In this document: positions 25,500 to 37,699 of the stretch, piece by piece | How the letters are laid out: each line of letters begins with the position of its first letter | Position numbering within the stretch: the first letter of the stretch is position 1 | DNA from: Vicugna vicugna | Taxonomy: Eukaryota | Assembly: GCA_013265495.1 (NCBI GenBank) | Contig: MU058781.1 | Location: forward strand, 2,086,158-2,150,157 | Direction: 5' to 3' | Length of the DNA: 64,000 nt | Made by a program: the position numbers and the translations under genes | The notes under the pieces: generated by a model | Databases searched by the model: none | Seen by the model: only the letters and a program-made list of their open reading frames with translations | Told to the model about the DNA's origin: nothing

Positions 25500-27420
25500 T
25501 ATAGACCTGGACTCTAAAAAACTGACGATACATAGAGCTTGAAGTGGAGCTATAAGATCTTGGAGAATGTTTGTCAAGACAACAGAAGGAGAGGACACAT
25601 GAGCCGGCAGAACTTGGAAAGAAGAAGAGAAATCCAAAGTGAAGGGCCAGCGGAAGTGGCATAAAGGACAATGGACTCTTCTGCAAACACAGGGAACTGC
25701 ACGAAGGTCAGGATGAATGTCCTATAATTGATTAATTAATGAGCAAACTGAAGCCCAAACAGTCTAAACAGACTGTTAAAAAGAAATGACAGTTAACGAT
25801 GATCGACAAATAAGATCCAATACATACTCACTTAGTGTCTCTGAAGAAGAGACCAAAACAAATGGAAGGGGAAAAATACTCAAAAAGACAATTTGAAGAA
25901 TGGACTTTGGGGGAATAAACGAAGAGTTAAACCTATAACATGTCAGGAAAATACTGATTCAAAACTGTCAATTCCGAAATGCATCCTAGTAGAATCACAG
26001 ATGAAATAATTCTTTGGGCACCCAAGAGAAAATATCAGTTACCTATAAAACCAAGAAAGATGGCCACTCTCAGCCACAGTCAACTATAGGATAAACAAGA
26101 AATACCTGAAACTCCTCAGTTTCATTAATTTAAAAAACTGTATTTTAACATTTGCTCAAATTGAACTTTTTGTGTACATTTTAATGAATTTTAATGCATA
26201 TATACATTCATGTGCGCATCACCACAATGAAAATACAGAACAATTCCATTTACTCCCCAAACCTCCCTGAGCTGTCCCTTTTCAGTCAAACGCCCCTTCA
26301 CTGCAGCTCACAATATTGATAACACAGTTCTAATAAAAGATTGAGATGTGGGATCAAGTAGTATATTAAAAGAATAAGAGATCATGGCCAAGTGGCATTA
26401 ACTCCAGGAACTCAAAGAAAATGTATTAGGAAATATTTGAATATAATTTCCATGTATCTAGAACAAAACAAAGAATCACATGGTCATACCCATAGGTGTT
26501 AAAAAGACTTATATTCAACAACTTTTCAAAATCAAATTTCTTAACAAAATAAGACATTGCAAGTTCTCAATATCCTCTAAATTTATTTATAAATGTAACA
26601 TGAGTTTTGTGAAAATATAACCAGTAATATTTTTAGAATTAGGAAGCTGATTTTAAAGCTCCTCTGTAATAATATACATTCAAGATTAATCAGGAAAAAA
26701 ACTGAAAATGAGGAATAAAAAAAGGGAGACCTATCTCAGCAGTTACTGAAGCATACTGTACAGTTAAGGAAAATAAAGAGTGTGGTGCTGACATGTGGAC
26801 AGATAGATGGAGAAGAAATGAAAGTCCAGAAATAAATCCCAGTATATATAGAAATTTTGTACATGATATAGCTGGTACTTTAGGTCAGTGGGAAAATGAT
26901 GGATTATTCAATAAATGTTTTGGGACAACTCAGTAGCCATCTGGGAAAACAAAATTAGATTTCTACTAAACGCCTTACATTAAAAAAAAGTCCAAGTGGA
27001 CTAAAGGTGTAAACAAAAACATCCATAAAATTTTTAGAAAGGATATTAGACTTAAAAAAAAATCTGAGAGAGGGAAAGACATTTTAAAGCCTGGTAGAAG
27101 ACTCAGATACCATAAAAGAAAAGACTGACAACATAAATATTAGAAATTTCTACATGACCAAAAAGTTTTGTTAAAGCTAAAAGGCTACTGACAAGCTGGA
27201 AAAGATTTACACAATGCATGTCACAAATTGTTAATTTGTTAAATACTTAAAAGCTCTTATATAGAAGTTTTTGAAAGATAAATTACCCAAAAGAAAAATG
27301 GGCAAAAGTTCCTGTAAAAGGTGATCCAAATGTTCCTACACATTGAAAAAATTGTGTAACCTCACTTATAATCAGAAAATTGCTAACAAAAATACAATGA
27401 AATACCATTTCCCAAATTTT
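25500..27420 (+). mobile_element. Highly decayed L1 (L1ME/L1M5-type) fragments
   Basis: gtccagaaataaatcccag, cagtgggaaaatgatggattattcaataaatg, aaaatgggcaaaag, acaatgaaataccatt. Confidence 0.65.
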
Positions 27421-29314
27421 GCTCGACACATAATGTTTCTTGATGTTTAGTTCAACAACTAAATACTTTAAGAACTGAATTTAGCGTGGACTGTACCATG
27501 AAGCTACAAGAGGCATTTTATCAACACACTATTTTATGTGTTTTGTATTTGGCTGTTCATCCATAACATGAACAGAATGGACGCAGGGAGATTTTCAGAC
27601 ACTGGTTTTTAGGGGGAAAACTGAGTCTCCTAAATTGCCAAATATAGGATTTTGTGTGTGTGTGTGTGATTTTAGCAGAGACTTTTTCTTCACACTCACA
27701 TTCAGGTTTCAAAGTATAAATTCTTAGAGTTCAAATGTCACGTATTCTTTTTTTTTTAAGGTTTGGGATAATAAACAAGGAGCTATATTATGGGGGGCAG
27801 TGGCTAGCAGAAATTGGGAGGTGGGTGGTTTGTATGCACAGGTATAGGGAAAGCAACAAGAATATGGTGGAAATTGGAGCTGGAGGCACTGGCAGTTACC
27901 TATTTGTCCTTCAATCTCAAACATGCCCCGACCTCTGTGACTGTGGGTGGAGGTCACATCCCACTGCCAATAGAGAGCAGCACCACGCCCTCTTGGGCAG
28001 GGCTGGATCCCCCAGCAGCCCCATAATGGCAGCTTGGGCCCTAGGTGTGCCATGTCTTACTGGGAGACAAAACATGACATACCTGGTTTCTCTGATTTAC
28101 CGTGGTGGAAATGTCCCTTGACTCTAATAACTGTTCGGTAAAACACTTCGGCATGTAAGTTTCAACGCAGTACGTAATTTAAAGTAATATGTATGACTCT
28201 TTCTTCCTTTCATTTCTGTCATTTCCTCCAACCGAATTTTATTTTCTTCATCAAAAAACAACCAACAGTGCTTTCATTTTCTTTGTGTATGTATGTGTGC
28301 GTGTATGTCTGTGTGTATGTGTTTATACAAACAAGATTTGGGCAGAAGTGTGGTTTTTTGCATGGATTTTGAAGAAAAATTAGTCTAACAGTGTTGTGGA
28401 GTTTCAGCCCATCCTTGTGAAAATTAAATGAGCTGATATATAGTACTTGGCACAAGGTCTCACAGGAGGAAAGAGCTTTGTGTTGATTATTACTATTGTT
28501 TAAAGGACATCAAAAATCTGAAAAGGTACTATTATTATCCCCATTTAAAAGCTAGTTAAGTGATGGAAGCAGTATTCAAATCATATTTTTCAGACAATGA
28601 ATCTATTGAACCTACCCCGCCACTCAGGGTTTGAAACTGCTGCAATGTGTAGCAAGATGAAATTAGGTTGTCTATGTAATGTGACTCTGATAAAGTACCA
28701 TATAGCAAGAAAGAAAGATGATAAAGTGGAGGAAAAGATGTCTCAATAGTTAATGTTTTTCTCAAAGGATCAATATCATTTTATATTCTAATTGATTTTA
28801 AAAGTTTTCTTGTGGGCCCTCTTTGCACAATTAATAGGATTCCTAAGACTTACGGGTGTTCCCACACTTGTGTGGAAGAAATAAGTCAGGAACTCTTTGT
28901 GAATTGTTGTTTCAAAATCAAGGACACAGGGATGAAAGAGACCTCGGATTTATTTGGGGTGTTCTCTGATTTCTGGTAAGAATATGATTGGTGTATTAAC
29001 TTAATATCAAAAATCTGCAAGGAAAAAAATTACACAAACTCCACCCACATTAATTCATTTTGAGGTTTCTTAACCGGCTGCTGAGAAATGTTCAATCCAC
29101 TTAAGAATAAAGGCTTCCAACACAATGGGTTCATTTGCTTTTTCAAGGCAAACTTTGCAAAGTATTAGCCTAGAGAGTAGAGATTACTAATCTTCAAATC
29201 CTGTAGATAACATCTGACATAGAACTTTATTACGGATAATAGATGCCAAATAAATGCTTATTGAACTGAACTGAAAAGCTGGGAAAAAGTTGTCTGGTTA
29301 TCAAAGTGCATTAT

Positions 29315-29704
29315 TGGATTATCATACTAAGTGAATGAAGTAAGTCAAAAAGAAAAAGACAAATATCACAAGGTATCACTTATATGTGGAATCTAAAATA
29401 CGATACAAATGAACTTATTTACAAACCAGAAACAGACTCACAGACAGAAAACAAACAGGGTTGCCAAAGGGGAACCGGAGTGGGGAGGGATAAATTTGGA
29501 GTTTGAGATTTGCAGATTCAATTTACTATATATAAAAATAGATAAACAACAAGGTCCTACTGTAAAGCACAGGGAACTATATTCAATATCCTGTAATAAA
29601 CCGTAATGGAAAAGAATATGAAAAAGAACCGAATCACTATGCTATACACCAGAAACTAACACAACACTGTAAATCAGCTATACTTTAAAATAAAAATTTT
29701 TTTT
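29315..29704 (+). mobile_element. 5'-truncated, relatively young L1 3' end
   Basis: Laurasiatherian/artiodactyl-type L1 3' UTR (tatcacttatatgtggaatctaaaa...gcacagggaactatattcaatatc); 12-bp TSD aaagtgcattat at 29303-29314 and 29705-29716. Confidence 0.85.
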
Positions 29705-30225
29705 AAAGTGCATTATCAACTTGGGACTTCCTTGCTGTGTCTTACTTTGCTTCCTAAGAAATCAACACTTAGGTTCCATTTTTTAAAAAATTACGTGGAA
29801 CAAGAAAAATGCTGACTTTTCTATAAAGTTTACTCAATTATTCCTTCAACAAATATTTGCTGAACACCATGTGCTAAGCTCTGTCCCAGGTTCTGAATAT
29901 TTTAAAGGTAGGCTATCATGTTTTAAATAAAAGTGTGTAATGATACGAACCCCAATAATTCCGGGTAAACTAAAAGTTCCTGAGCAAGAGTTTAATGAGC
30001 TGCTGCTCAGAGAGTTTACTATGCAACCTTCATTGAATGTAGTCATATTCTCTAATAACACTAATATCATGTCAAATCTCCCATTGGTAATCATTAGGTA
30101 ACCTACTTCTCTCTATCCAGAACCAGCAATTCAGAAACTGGGCTCTGAAGTGGTGTCACCTGCGTCAAATCACTTAATTTTGTACAGTTTCCCCTATCTG
30201 TAAAAGAAAATTAATTAGAAAAATG

Positions 30226-30689
30226 TGCCAACTAAAAATTGTCGCTTGCCATGTGGCACCAGAATGAAGTCACTAGCCACTGCATTCGCTGACCTTCAAC
30301 ACACCTTGAAAGGAGTTCAGGGAGGAGGTGAGGAATGATGCACTCTGCAATCTGGGAAAAACTAGCAAAACAGGCTTCTCGATAAGTATTTTCAGAAGAT
30401 TTTATGAGCCCAATTTCTTGCCTCTTCTCATATCTAGAAAAGCAGTAAAATCACAAAGGGAGACACCTGCTCCTCATGACTAGCAGCAACCTGCTCGTGA
30501 CGTGTGCTTGAGTACATGTACTCCCCCTTCACTAAAACCATGTATGATACTGGCTCTCCCCTGCCTCCCCCAAGCAGTTCCTCAGAGCAACCTGAGACTT
30601 GGTCTACCCGGCTGTAGTCCTCATTTTACCCCCAAATAAAACCTAACTCACAACCCACAAGTTATATATACATATATTTTCAGACCACA
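30226..30689 (+). mobile_element. Solo ERV1-type LTR
   Basis: TG...CA termini (tgccaactaaaaa ... ttttcagaccaca), 4-bp TSD aatg on both sides, AATAAA at ~30634; inserted in a MIR remnant. Confidence 0.72.
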
Positions 30690-31659
30690 AATGGTAAAGC
30701 CTGTTTTAAGTCTGCTATTCTATAATCTTAAATTAAGATCTAATTAATTCTATGTACTAGGAGGAAGATAAACCCCACATTACCAGTTTTGACTCAGTTC
30801 CTATTAATGATACAAAGTTTTCCCTTTCCCTCTGTGTTGTGCCGTCAGACAATACATACATATATAAATGCATATATTTGTGTATATATAGTTATTTTTA
30901 AGGTGGTCACCAAGAGCAAGGTTTTACAGGTGATTCAACCCTTCTGCAGTTTGCCAAATGTACCTGCTAATTTAGCTACAGCATGAACTTCGCTGCCCTC
31001 TGCAGATTTTCTGTTCAGATGGTAAAGAGGTTGAAAAAGGATGGGGGGGGGGGGAAGCGCTGACTGGTGCTTATTTTGTTATTGCCAAAACTTAATTTTT
31101 ATTTTTCAAGATAAAAGGTCTCACTCTCCAAGGAGGAGTTGTGGTTAGATTTTAGACAGCTCCTGGGGCTAACGCTGGACATAAAGAAGGGCAGCAAACC
31201 ATGGGAAGAGAGATCTAGTTTAAGCCCTAGGGGGGAAAATAACGAAGACTTCTACAATTTAGACAAAAAGAGTACTGCAACGGAAAAAGGGGTGGACGCA
31301 GAGACGGCCCTGGGGTATAGGACGCCTGCAGAGCCCTGGGTCTCCAGGTGACTTCGTACGCTGGGACCACGGGAGGCCCAAGTTCTTGCTGTGGGAAGGA
31401 CTGGATGAACGATAAAGCGGGTCTATTTCCGTTTTAATGTCTTTCAAATATATTTTGCAAGTAGTGCTAGGTCGTCTGACTAACTGAAAAAAAAAAAAAA
31501 CCCAAAAGACCCAACCCCGAAAACTGATAAATGTAAAATGTTGAGATATTTACACCTTTAAAAAACAAGTTGTATTCAAACCTCTTTATCCCAAGTATTT
31601 CTTTCGAAGCCAAAGATTTGAACTGTCAAAGAATCCATCTGACAGAGTTTTGCACCTCT

Positions 31660-33000
31660 CTTCAGCACTTTCGGTCCTCGAGCTTCCGCCGCGTCGGACG
31701 CCAGCGAGCCCCGCTACCCAACCCCCGCTGGGCGCGCGCCCCCAGAGGGAGGAGAGAGCGTGGAGGTGGTTCCCTCGGAACACCCAATCAAAAGCGAGGC
31801 CCGGCGGTGGCGCTAGTGACGTAGGCCGCGCTTTCCTCCGCCCCACTGCGGGCCGACGCTCAGCACCGTCAGCCGCGCCAGCTCGCGCGCGAGAGGAGAG
31901 GGAGGAGGAGGGCTTGGGGCAGGCCGGCTGTCGGAGGGCGACGGGTCGCGGGATGGGGTAGAGTGAGCATGCGCAGCGGCTCCGTGGATTTAGGGGAAGG
32001 CGGGGGGTCGTGTGCGCGCGCGCGCGCACAAGCGGCCCGCCGGCGGCCGCGGGTGGAGGGGGCGGTTCCTCGAGTGTCGGTGGCTGGAGGGTGGGCAGGC
32101 TGGCGGCAGGTTCCGCCGCCGCCGCCTCCGCCGCAGCCTCCTCGGAGTCCTGGGTCTTCTCGTCCTCTCGTGGTGATGAGCTGGGCCCCGTCGGGGGCGG
32201 CACCTGCCGGCTGCCCATCACCCCGGGCCTCCCGGCGTGACCTCGGCCTCCTCGCGTGCCCGGTCCCCGCGGCGCCGTGCTTCCCCTGAGAGGGAGCGGC
32301 AGCTGCCTCCTCCGCCCCGAGTCCTCGCTCGGGGGCCGCGCGAGGACAGCGCCCGGCCCCCTCCCCTCCCCCGTCCGCCGTCCTCAATGTCTCCCCGGCG
32401 GGGAGGGGGCTGCCTGGGAGACGCGCTAAGCGGCCCCCCCCGGAGGCCCGTCGGCGGCAACAGCAGCGCCCAGCCCGGCGCCCCGAAGCCTCCCCTGGCG
32501 GCGGCGGCGGCCTGGAGGAGCCGCGCACCCGCCGCCGGCCCCGGAGCCTCGCAGCCGCCGCCCGGCGCCCGAGGAGAGGGCGGCGGGCGACCCCCGGGGA
32601 AGATGAAGGCGGAGGGGGGCGACCACTCCATGATCAACCTGTCGGTGCAGCAGGTCCTGAGCCTCTGGGCCCATGGGACGGTGCTGAGGAACCTCACGGG
32701 TAATTGATGCGCCTGGGGTGGGGACCGGGATGCGGTGCCGCCCCTCGCCTCCCTTCTCCCTCCCGCGGAGGGGAGCGCTCCTCGCCGCCGCACCTCCGTG
32801 CGCGCTCCTTTCGGGAGCTCGCGGTCCCAAGTCCCGGCCCAGAGAGTTAATAGGATCCGCTCCGCGCCTGTTCTAGGGGCGCGACGCCGGTCACCCGACC
32901 CCCCCGGCGCTCCAAGGTTCCTGAATCGCTTGGGGAGAATCCATGATCCCTGCTTCCCTCTCTGCGACTGCCCTGCTTCTGTAGTACGCGCGGAATTGCT
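31660..33000. promoter_or_regulatory. CpG island / TMEM170B promoter and 5' UTR
   Basis: Very high GC and CpG density against an AT-rich background; CCAAT (~31784), CRE-like GTGACGTA (~31817), NRF1-like GCATGCGCA (~31967), GC boxes. Confidence 0.93.
32603..32699 (+). CDS. TMEM170B: TMEM170B coding exon 1 (MKAEGGDHSMINLSVQQVLSLWAHGTVLRNLT + G of Glu codon)
   Basis: ATG at 32603 (aagATGa); translation recognised as the TMEM170B N-terminus; donor G|gtaatt at 32700; lies in a CpG island. Confidence 0.96.
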
Positions 33001-36000
33001 TTAGTGCTGAGACTTGAGTACAGTTAGCCTTAATTCCCCACCCCACCTCCCCATACACACGCACGCACCCTGCTATTTGCTGTTTAGATCTTTTTCTAGT
33101 TTAGCTCTTTTTCTTTCTGGCAGACCTCACATCGAATGCAGGGCTTGAATCCCCTGTTCACAATGATCAGTTTGCTTCAACTGTTAAATTTTTTGGCTTT
33201 ATTAAGTAGATGATAGTAGGTCACGGGCTGGACCAAGTGCATTCTAAGCATTTTTTGCTTTAACCGTGTATGTCCTCCCTTTGCTATTTCCTTTTGTCTA
33301 TCTGTCTCCCTCTCACCCTCTGGCCTCAAGCCGCCGCTTCTGTGACATTTGATAATTTTGTGTACTTCCCTTCATATGTCAAGGCTATCAAGAGGGAATC
33401 TGACTTAACTACATTATAATAACATCAATTTCTGTTTGTAAAAAGCAATAATACTCATACTTTTTTTTATCACATTTGTTGGTTTGCTTTGTGAAGAAAC
33501 TTCCGGTTTGGTTAATGTGGACATGCTTATACCTTCAGTTCTGAATTTTAAAAATACTCTCTAAAAATTAGTGTTTACAAGAAAAAGATTTCAGTTACAT
33601 TTTGGTGACTCTTCAGCGTCTGCTTCTCAGGGAAAAAAACTTAAAAACTCTTAGGGTTTAATTCTTGAAAATGTATAAGACAGCTAATTTTGATAGAACA
33701 TTAGTATTTCAAAATACATTATGTCAAACTGGTTAAGAGTATGATGAGTATTTTACAAATATAACCTGTCTTGTTATGTTACATACATACGTGTATATAT
33801 AATACAAAGATACTATAAAATCTGGTATTATATGGAATTCAGATATTCATAGAAAAAAATATAGGGAGATTTTATACCACAGGGTTGACTTTAAAGACAT
33901 TGGTTACCTTGAATGTGGAAACTGTAAAATTAATAGAGATTCTGTATTGATTTATGGTGTCTTCAGTTTTAATCTGTGGTCATTTAACTTGGAGCAAACT
34001 GACCTTACATGATGGTTGCAGGTGAGGAACATGTTTTTAGTTCTGAAAACCTACACTGACATAAAGACCATTTCAGAATTCAATTGAATTTTGAGATAGA
34101 CCACTTTATCTTGCTTATGACTTTCTTTGTATTTATCCGCTGTTAATATTTCAAAATGTTGTATCAATTATGTTTATTGGAGTAAAATGAAGAATAAGGA
34201 TTTAAGAATATATATTTGTATCTGTTAATGACTAGCTTAGCTCATCAATGGGTATTTGGAAAAAATTAGCTCTGGGAACCTCAGAGTAAGTGTAAAAGTA
34301 GCTTACCTCTTGGCCAGATTTAACAACATTTTAAAATATTTACTTTAAGATTCTAAATCATTATAGTGGCTTCCAGTTTCCTTTGGCCAACCATTAGGTT
34401 AACAATAGTAGTTTAAATCCAGAGTTAGCTCTGATTATCTCCTAATATAGTCTTCAGTTGCTCATTGGACTTGGCCATTTTATGAAGGATACGCTGAACA
34501 CCCAACACTAGGACTGAGGTTGGACTGAGGAGCATAGGAACCTCTTCTAAGAAAGAAGCAGAGTCTGAGTATACAAAATTCTGTTTGTCAGGGTAAAAAT
34601 GGAGAAAAACAGATTTAGAAGTATGCTTCACCAGCAGTTGAGTGTATCACATATTAGGAACCACATCACTTCTAAAAAGTGTACTCTGTAAGTGGTAACA
34701 TTCTGATGCGGTTTATTATGACCTTCTCCATGCTGGTGACCTTCGTGATGTAGCTTAGCCATTAGTTAAGAGATGCTGCCTACAGTGCCATTTAGAACTT
34801 AGTCTACTAAAAACAAACACACACTTCTGAAATAAGATAACTCCTACTTATTGAATGCCTTCTGTGTGTTAGGAGCTTGACATGCATTATTTTCAATCTT
34901 CAGAATAACTCTCCAAAGTAGAGTTACAAGGAAGCTCAGAGAGGTAAATTAAGTTGGCCCATAGCAAATAGCTAAAAAATGGTTGTGCTAGGCTTTAAGC
35001 CCAGTCTTTGTGAGCAGAACTACTCTGTCCCCTTTTCCAAGCTGTTTTAGCTATTTCTTCTCTATCCTCTTGAAACAGAAGCAGTTACTCGCTTCATCCT
35101 GCTGCTTATGCTCCTTGTATGTGCTTTTATTATTGTATTTTCAGTTACATTGTAATTTTTATTTGTCTTCTAGTCTGTGAGCTTTTTGAGGGTCGGGTCA
35201 TTGTTTTAATCATGGAATTATGGAACCCTAGTATGTACCTGGCAAATAGTATATGCTCAATACATATTTATTGAATTGAACTTTTAAAACAGTACTTAGT
35301 TGCATGATTAAAACATTCTAGTTGCATTATTTTTCAGCTACACTTATTGGAGTGAATATGCTGTTAATAGGACATGAGGTGTTTAAGCAACTTTTATGGA
35401 TAATTATCATACGTTTAAAACAGAGGTGCTTATTGAATGTACTTTTTTTGTGCTCGTTACCATCCTTGCATGTATTTTATCTTATCTTTTCAACCATCTT
35501 GAGAGGGATTAGTGGTTAATCTTATTTTACAGATTCAGACATTGAAGCAAAGAGTAACTTGCTTAGATCTAATAGCGAAAAGTGAAAAATTAACTTTTTT
35601 CAGATTATGATAACATATTAAGTTAGAAGGCATTTTTGTCATCATCATAAACTTGGAAATGAAACAGGTAATCCAACATGGTTTCCAAATCTTGCTACAT
35701 ACCAGAATCATATGGGGCTGGTTAAGGGGCCTGTGGCCCCAGTCCATATCTATGGAATTAGAATCTTTCAGACCAGGGCCTAGGAAGGTACATTTTTAAC
35801 TAGCTATTAAGGTGATTTTATTATTGAGAACTCAAGAGTTGGGAAAACGAGATTTTTAAAAATTAATTTTTTGATGATCTCTTTGTAACTATGTTGTGAT
35901 ATATAATGCAAGTTAGTATAGAGTGTTCAGTATGGCTAAGGACTTAATTAAAATTCCAATATAAATGACTCATTTATTTCCAAGAGGAAGGTATAACCCA

Positions 36001-37699
36001 GTTTTTTTTAAAATGAGTATCTTTTGACATTAAAGGATTATATTAGAATTTATCTTTTAAAAATGTTTTCTTTCTATTAGCCATTAGCTATAGAGAAAAA
36101 TTCCTAGTAAATGGTAGTATTTTAAAAATTCTAAACAGTTTAGTTCTATTTAATCTGAAATATAGGGGAAAATGAAACATTAACAATGTTTATGTAAATA
36201 CTTATATAATGGGCAGTTATTGGAACTTCTCCCTACTAGGATAAGTTTGGTTCTAGTAGATTTCTGTATGCAAGTAAAAAGTCTACAGACACAGTAGATC
36301 CTTGAACTTGTGAGTCAAGACACTGAGTTTTATCCTTGAATGCTATTAATTGGCTCTTGTACTTCAGAAAAGCCACATACTTAGTAGGCCTTGGTTTCCT
36401 CATCTGTAAGACAATCTAATGCCAATAATTTTCACATTGATGTTAAAGTAAAGCTGATGTAAAATTTTTAATGAGTTGAGAAAAAAGTTTAGAGATATAT
36501 GTTAAGAAAAACATTTACTCATTTGCATATAAACTTTTTTTTTTTAGCTTTAAAATCAAGAAATTTTCTTTTTTAAATGAGGCTTCAGACCTTTACTATA
36601 CTAATTTGTAGGGTGAGGTTTGGGTCCTAGAAAATCTTTGTTCTCTGACCACCATTTAATAGTTCTTAGAATTAGGCCTTCTTAAAACTTAGTTTGGGAA
36701 ACTCTGGATTCAATATCTGAAGATCCCTTCCAGTTCTGAAATTGTTTTTTGTTAGTTTGTTTGTTTGTTAATCCCACTGCAGCATTACTGCTGTTTTAAG
36801 ATTACTATCAGTGATGTCCCAGGTGTGGCCGTTCTGACCACGCATGTGCGTTACTTAAGTTTCCCTGCTTGGGCTGTTATTTTTTGATCTGTCATTCATT
36901 TGGTCTCTTTTTTAGATTTAATTTTAGGAATTTGTTATATTGGGAGTTTCATTATGCTCATTGATGTAAAAAGTTCATTTTTCAATATTCAGTGTAAATA
37001 TCCTTTGGAAATACTGTATCATGAGATTATAAAACATTTTATCAATCACTGAAAAGATTTTTTTTTTAAGATCAGTGACTGATTTAAACAAATATGTTAT
37101 TACTGGCAACATTTTTTTGGTATAACATGTATAATTTAAGATGTTCAAGGGCATACAAGTAACAAAACTATTGTATATTGCTCTCATAAATTTCATAATA
37201 GATTCAGATTTTGACATTTAATCCTTATACTTTTATCACTGAGAAACTAATCAGTTACGAGGAAGAACAAATTGAATGGCATCTTTTAGGAAGATAGTGC
37301 TATGTCTTAAGTATAGAGCAACTTTTCAACTGTTTTGAGTAGCCTTAACCTGATTTTTTTAAAGCAAATGATATTCTGATTGTTTTAAATTAAAAACTTG
37401 TTCTTCTGAGAATTTTCTTTTTCTCTTCAATGATGAGTACTATAATTTATAGTTTGAAATTATATAATTAGCTGGTTGAAGGGCAATTTAGTTTAAGTGG
37501 GTAATGAACAGTATTGCCATAAGCTTTGAGAGAGGCAGTATATTAAAGCAGCTCTTGAAGTTGTCACAGTTAAATTTAAAAACTAATGTTTTTGCTCTTT
37601 TAAGAAGCGAAAGTAGACTATTAAATATCTGTAATAGCTTTAACTTCTCCCTATGTTAAGTGAGGCTTTAGGTGAACAGATACAGCAACTAATTTTTAA

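Noticed and set aside
27724..28121. Overlapping 109-128 aa ORFs
   Set aside because: No recognisable homology and no convincing splice sites; consistent with chance ORFs in intergenic DNA.
31043..31054. G12 homopolymer upstream of the promoter
   Set aside because: Simple homopolymer, prone to slippage and sequencing error; no supporting context.
31570..33004. Many long overlapping ORFs (up to 219 aa) on both strands
   Set aside because: Expected from stop-codon scarcity in a CpG island; low-complexity Pro/Ala/Gly/Arg products with no recognisable domain. Only the TMEM170B frame has splice support.
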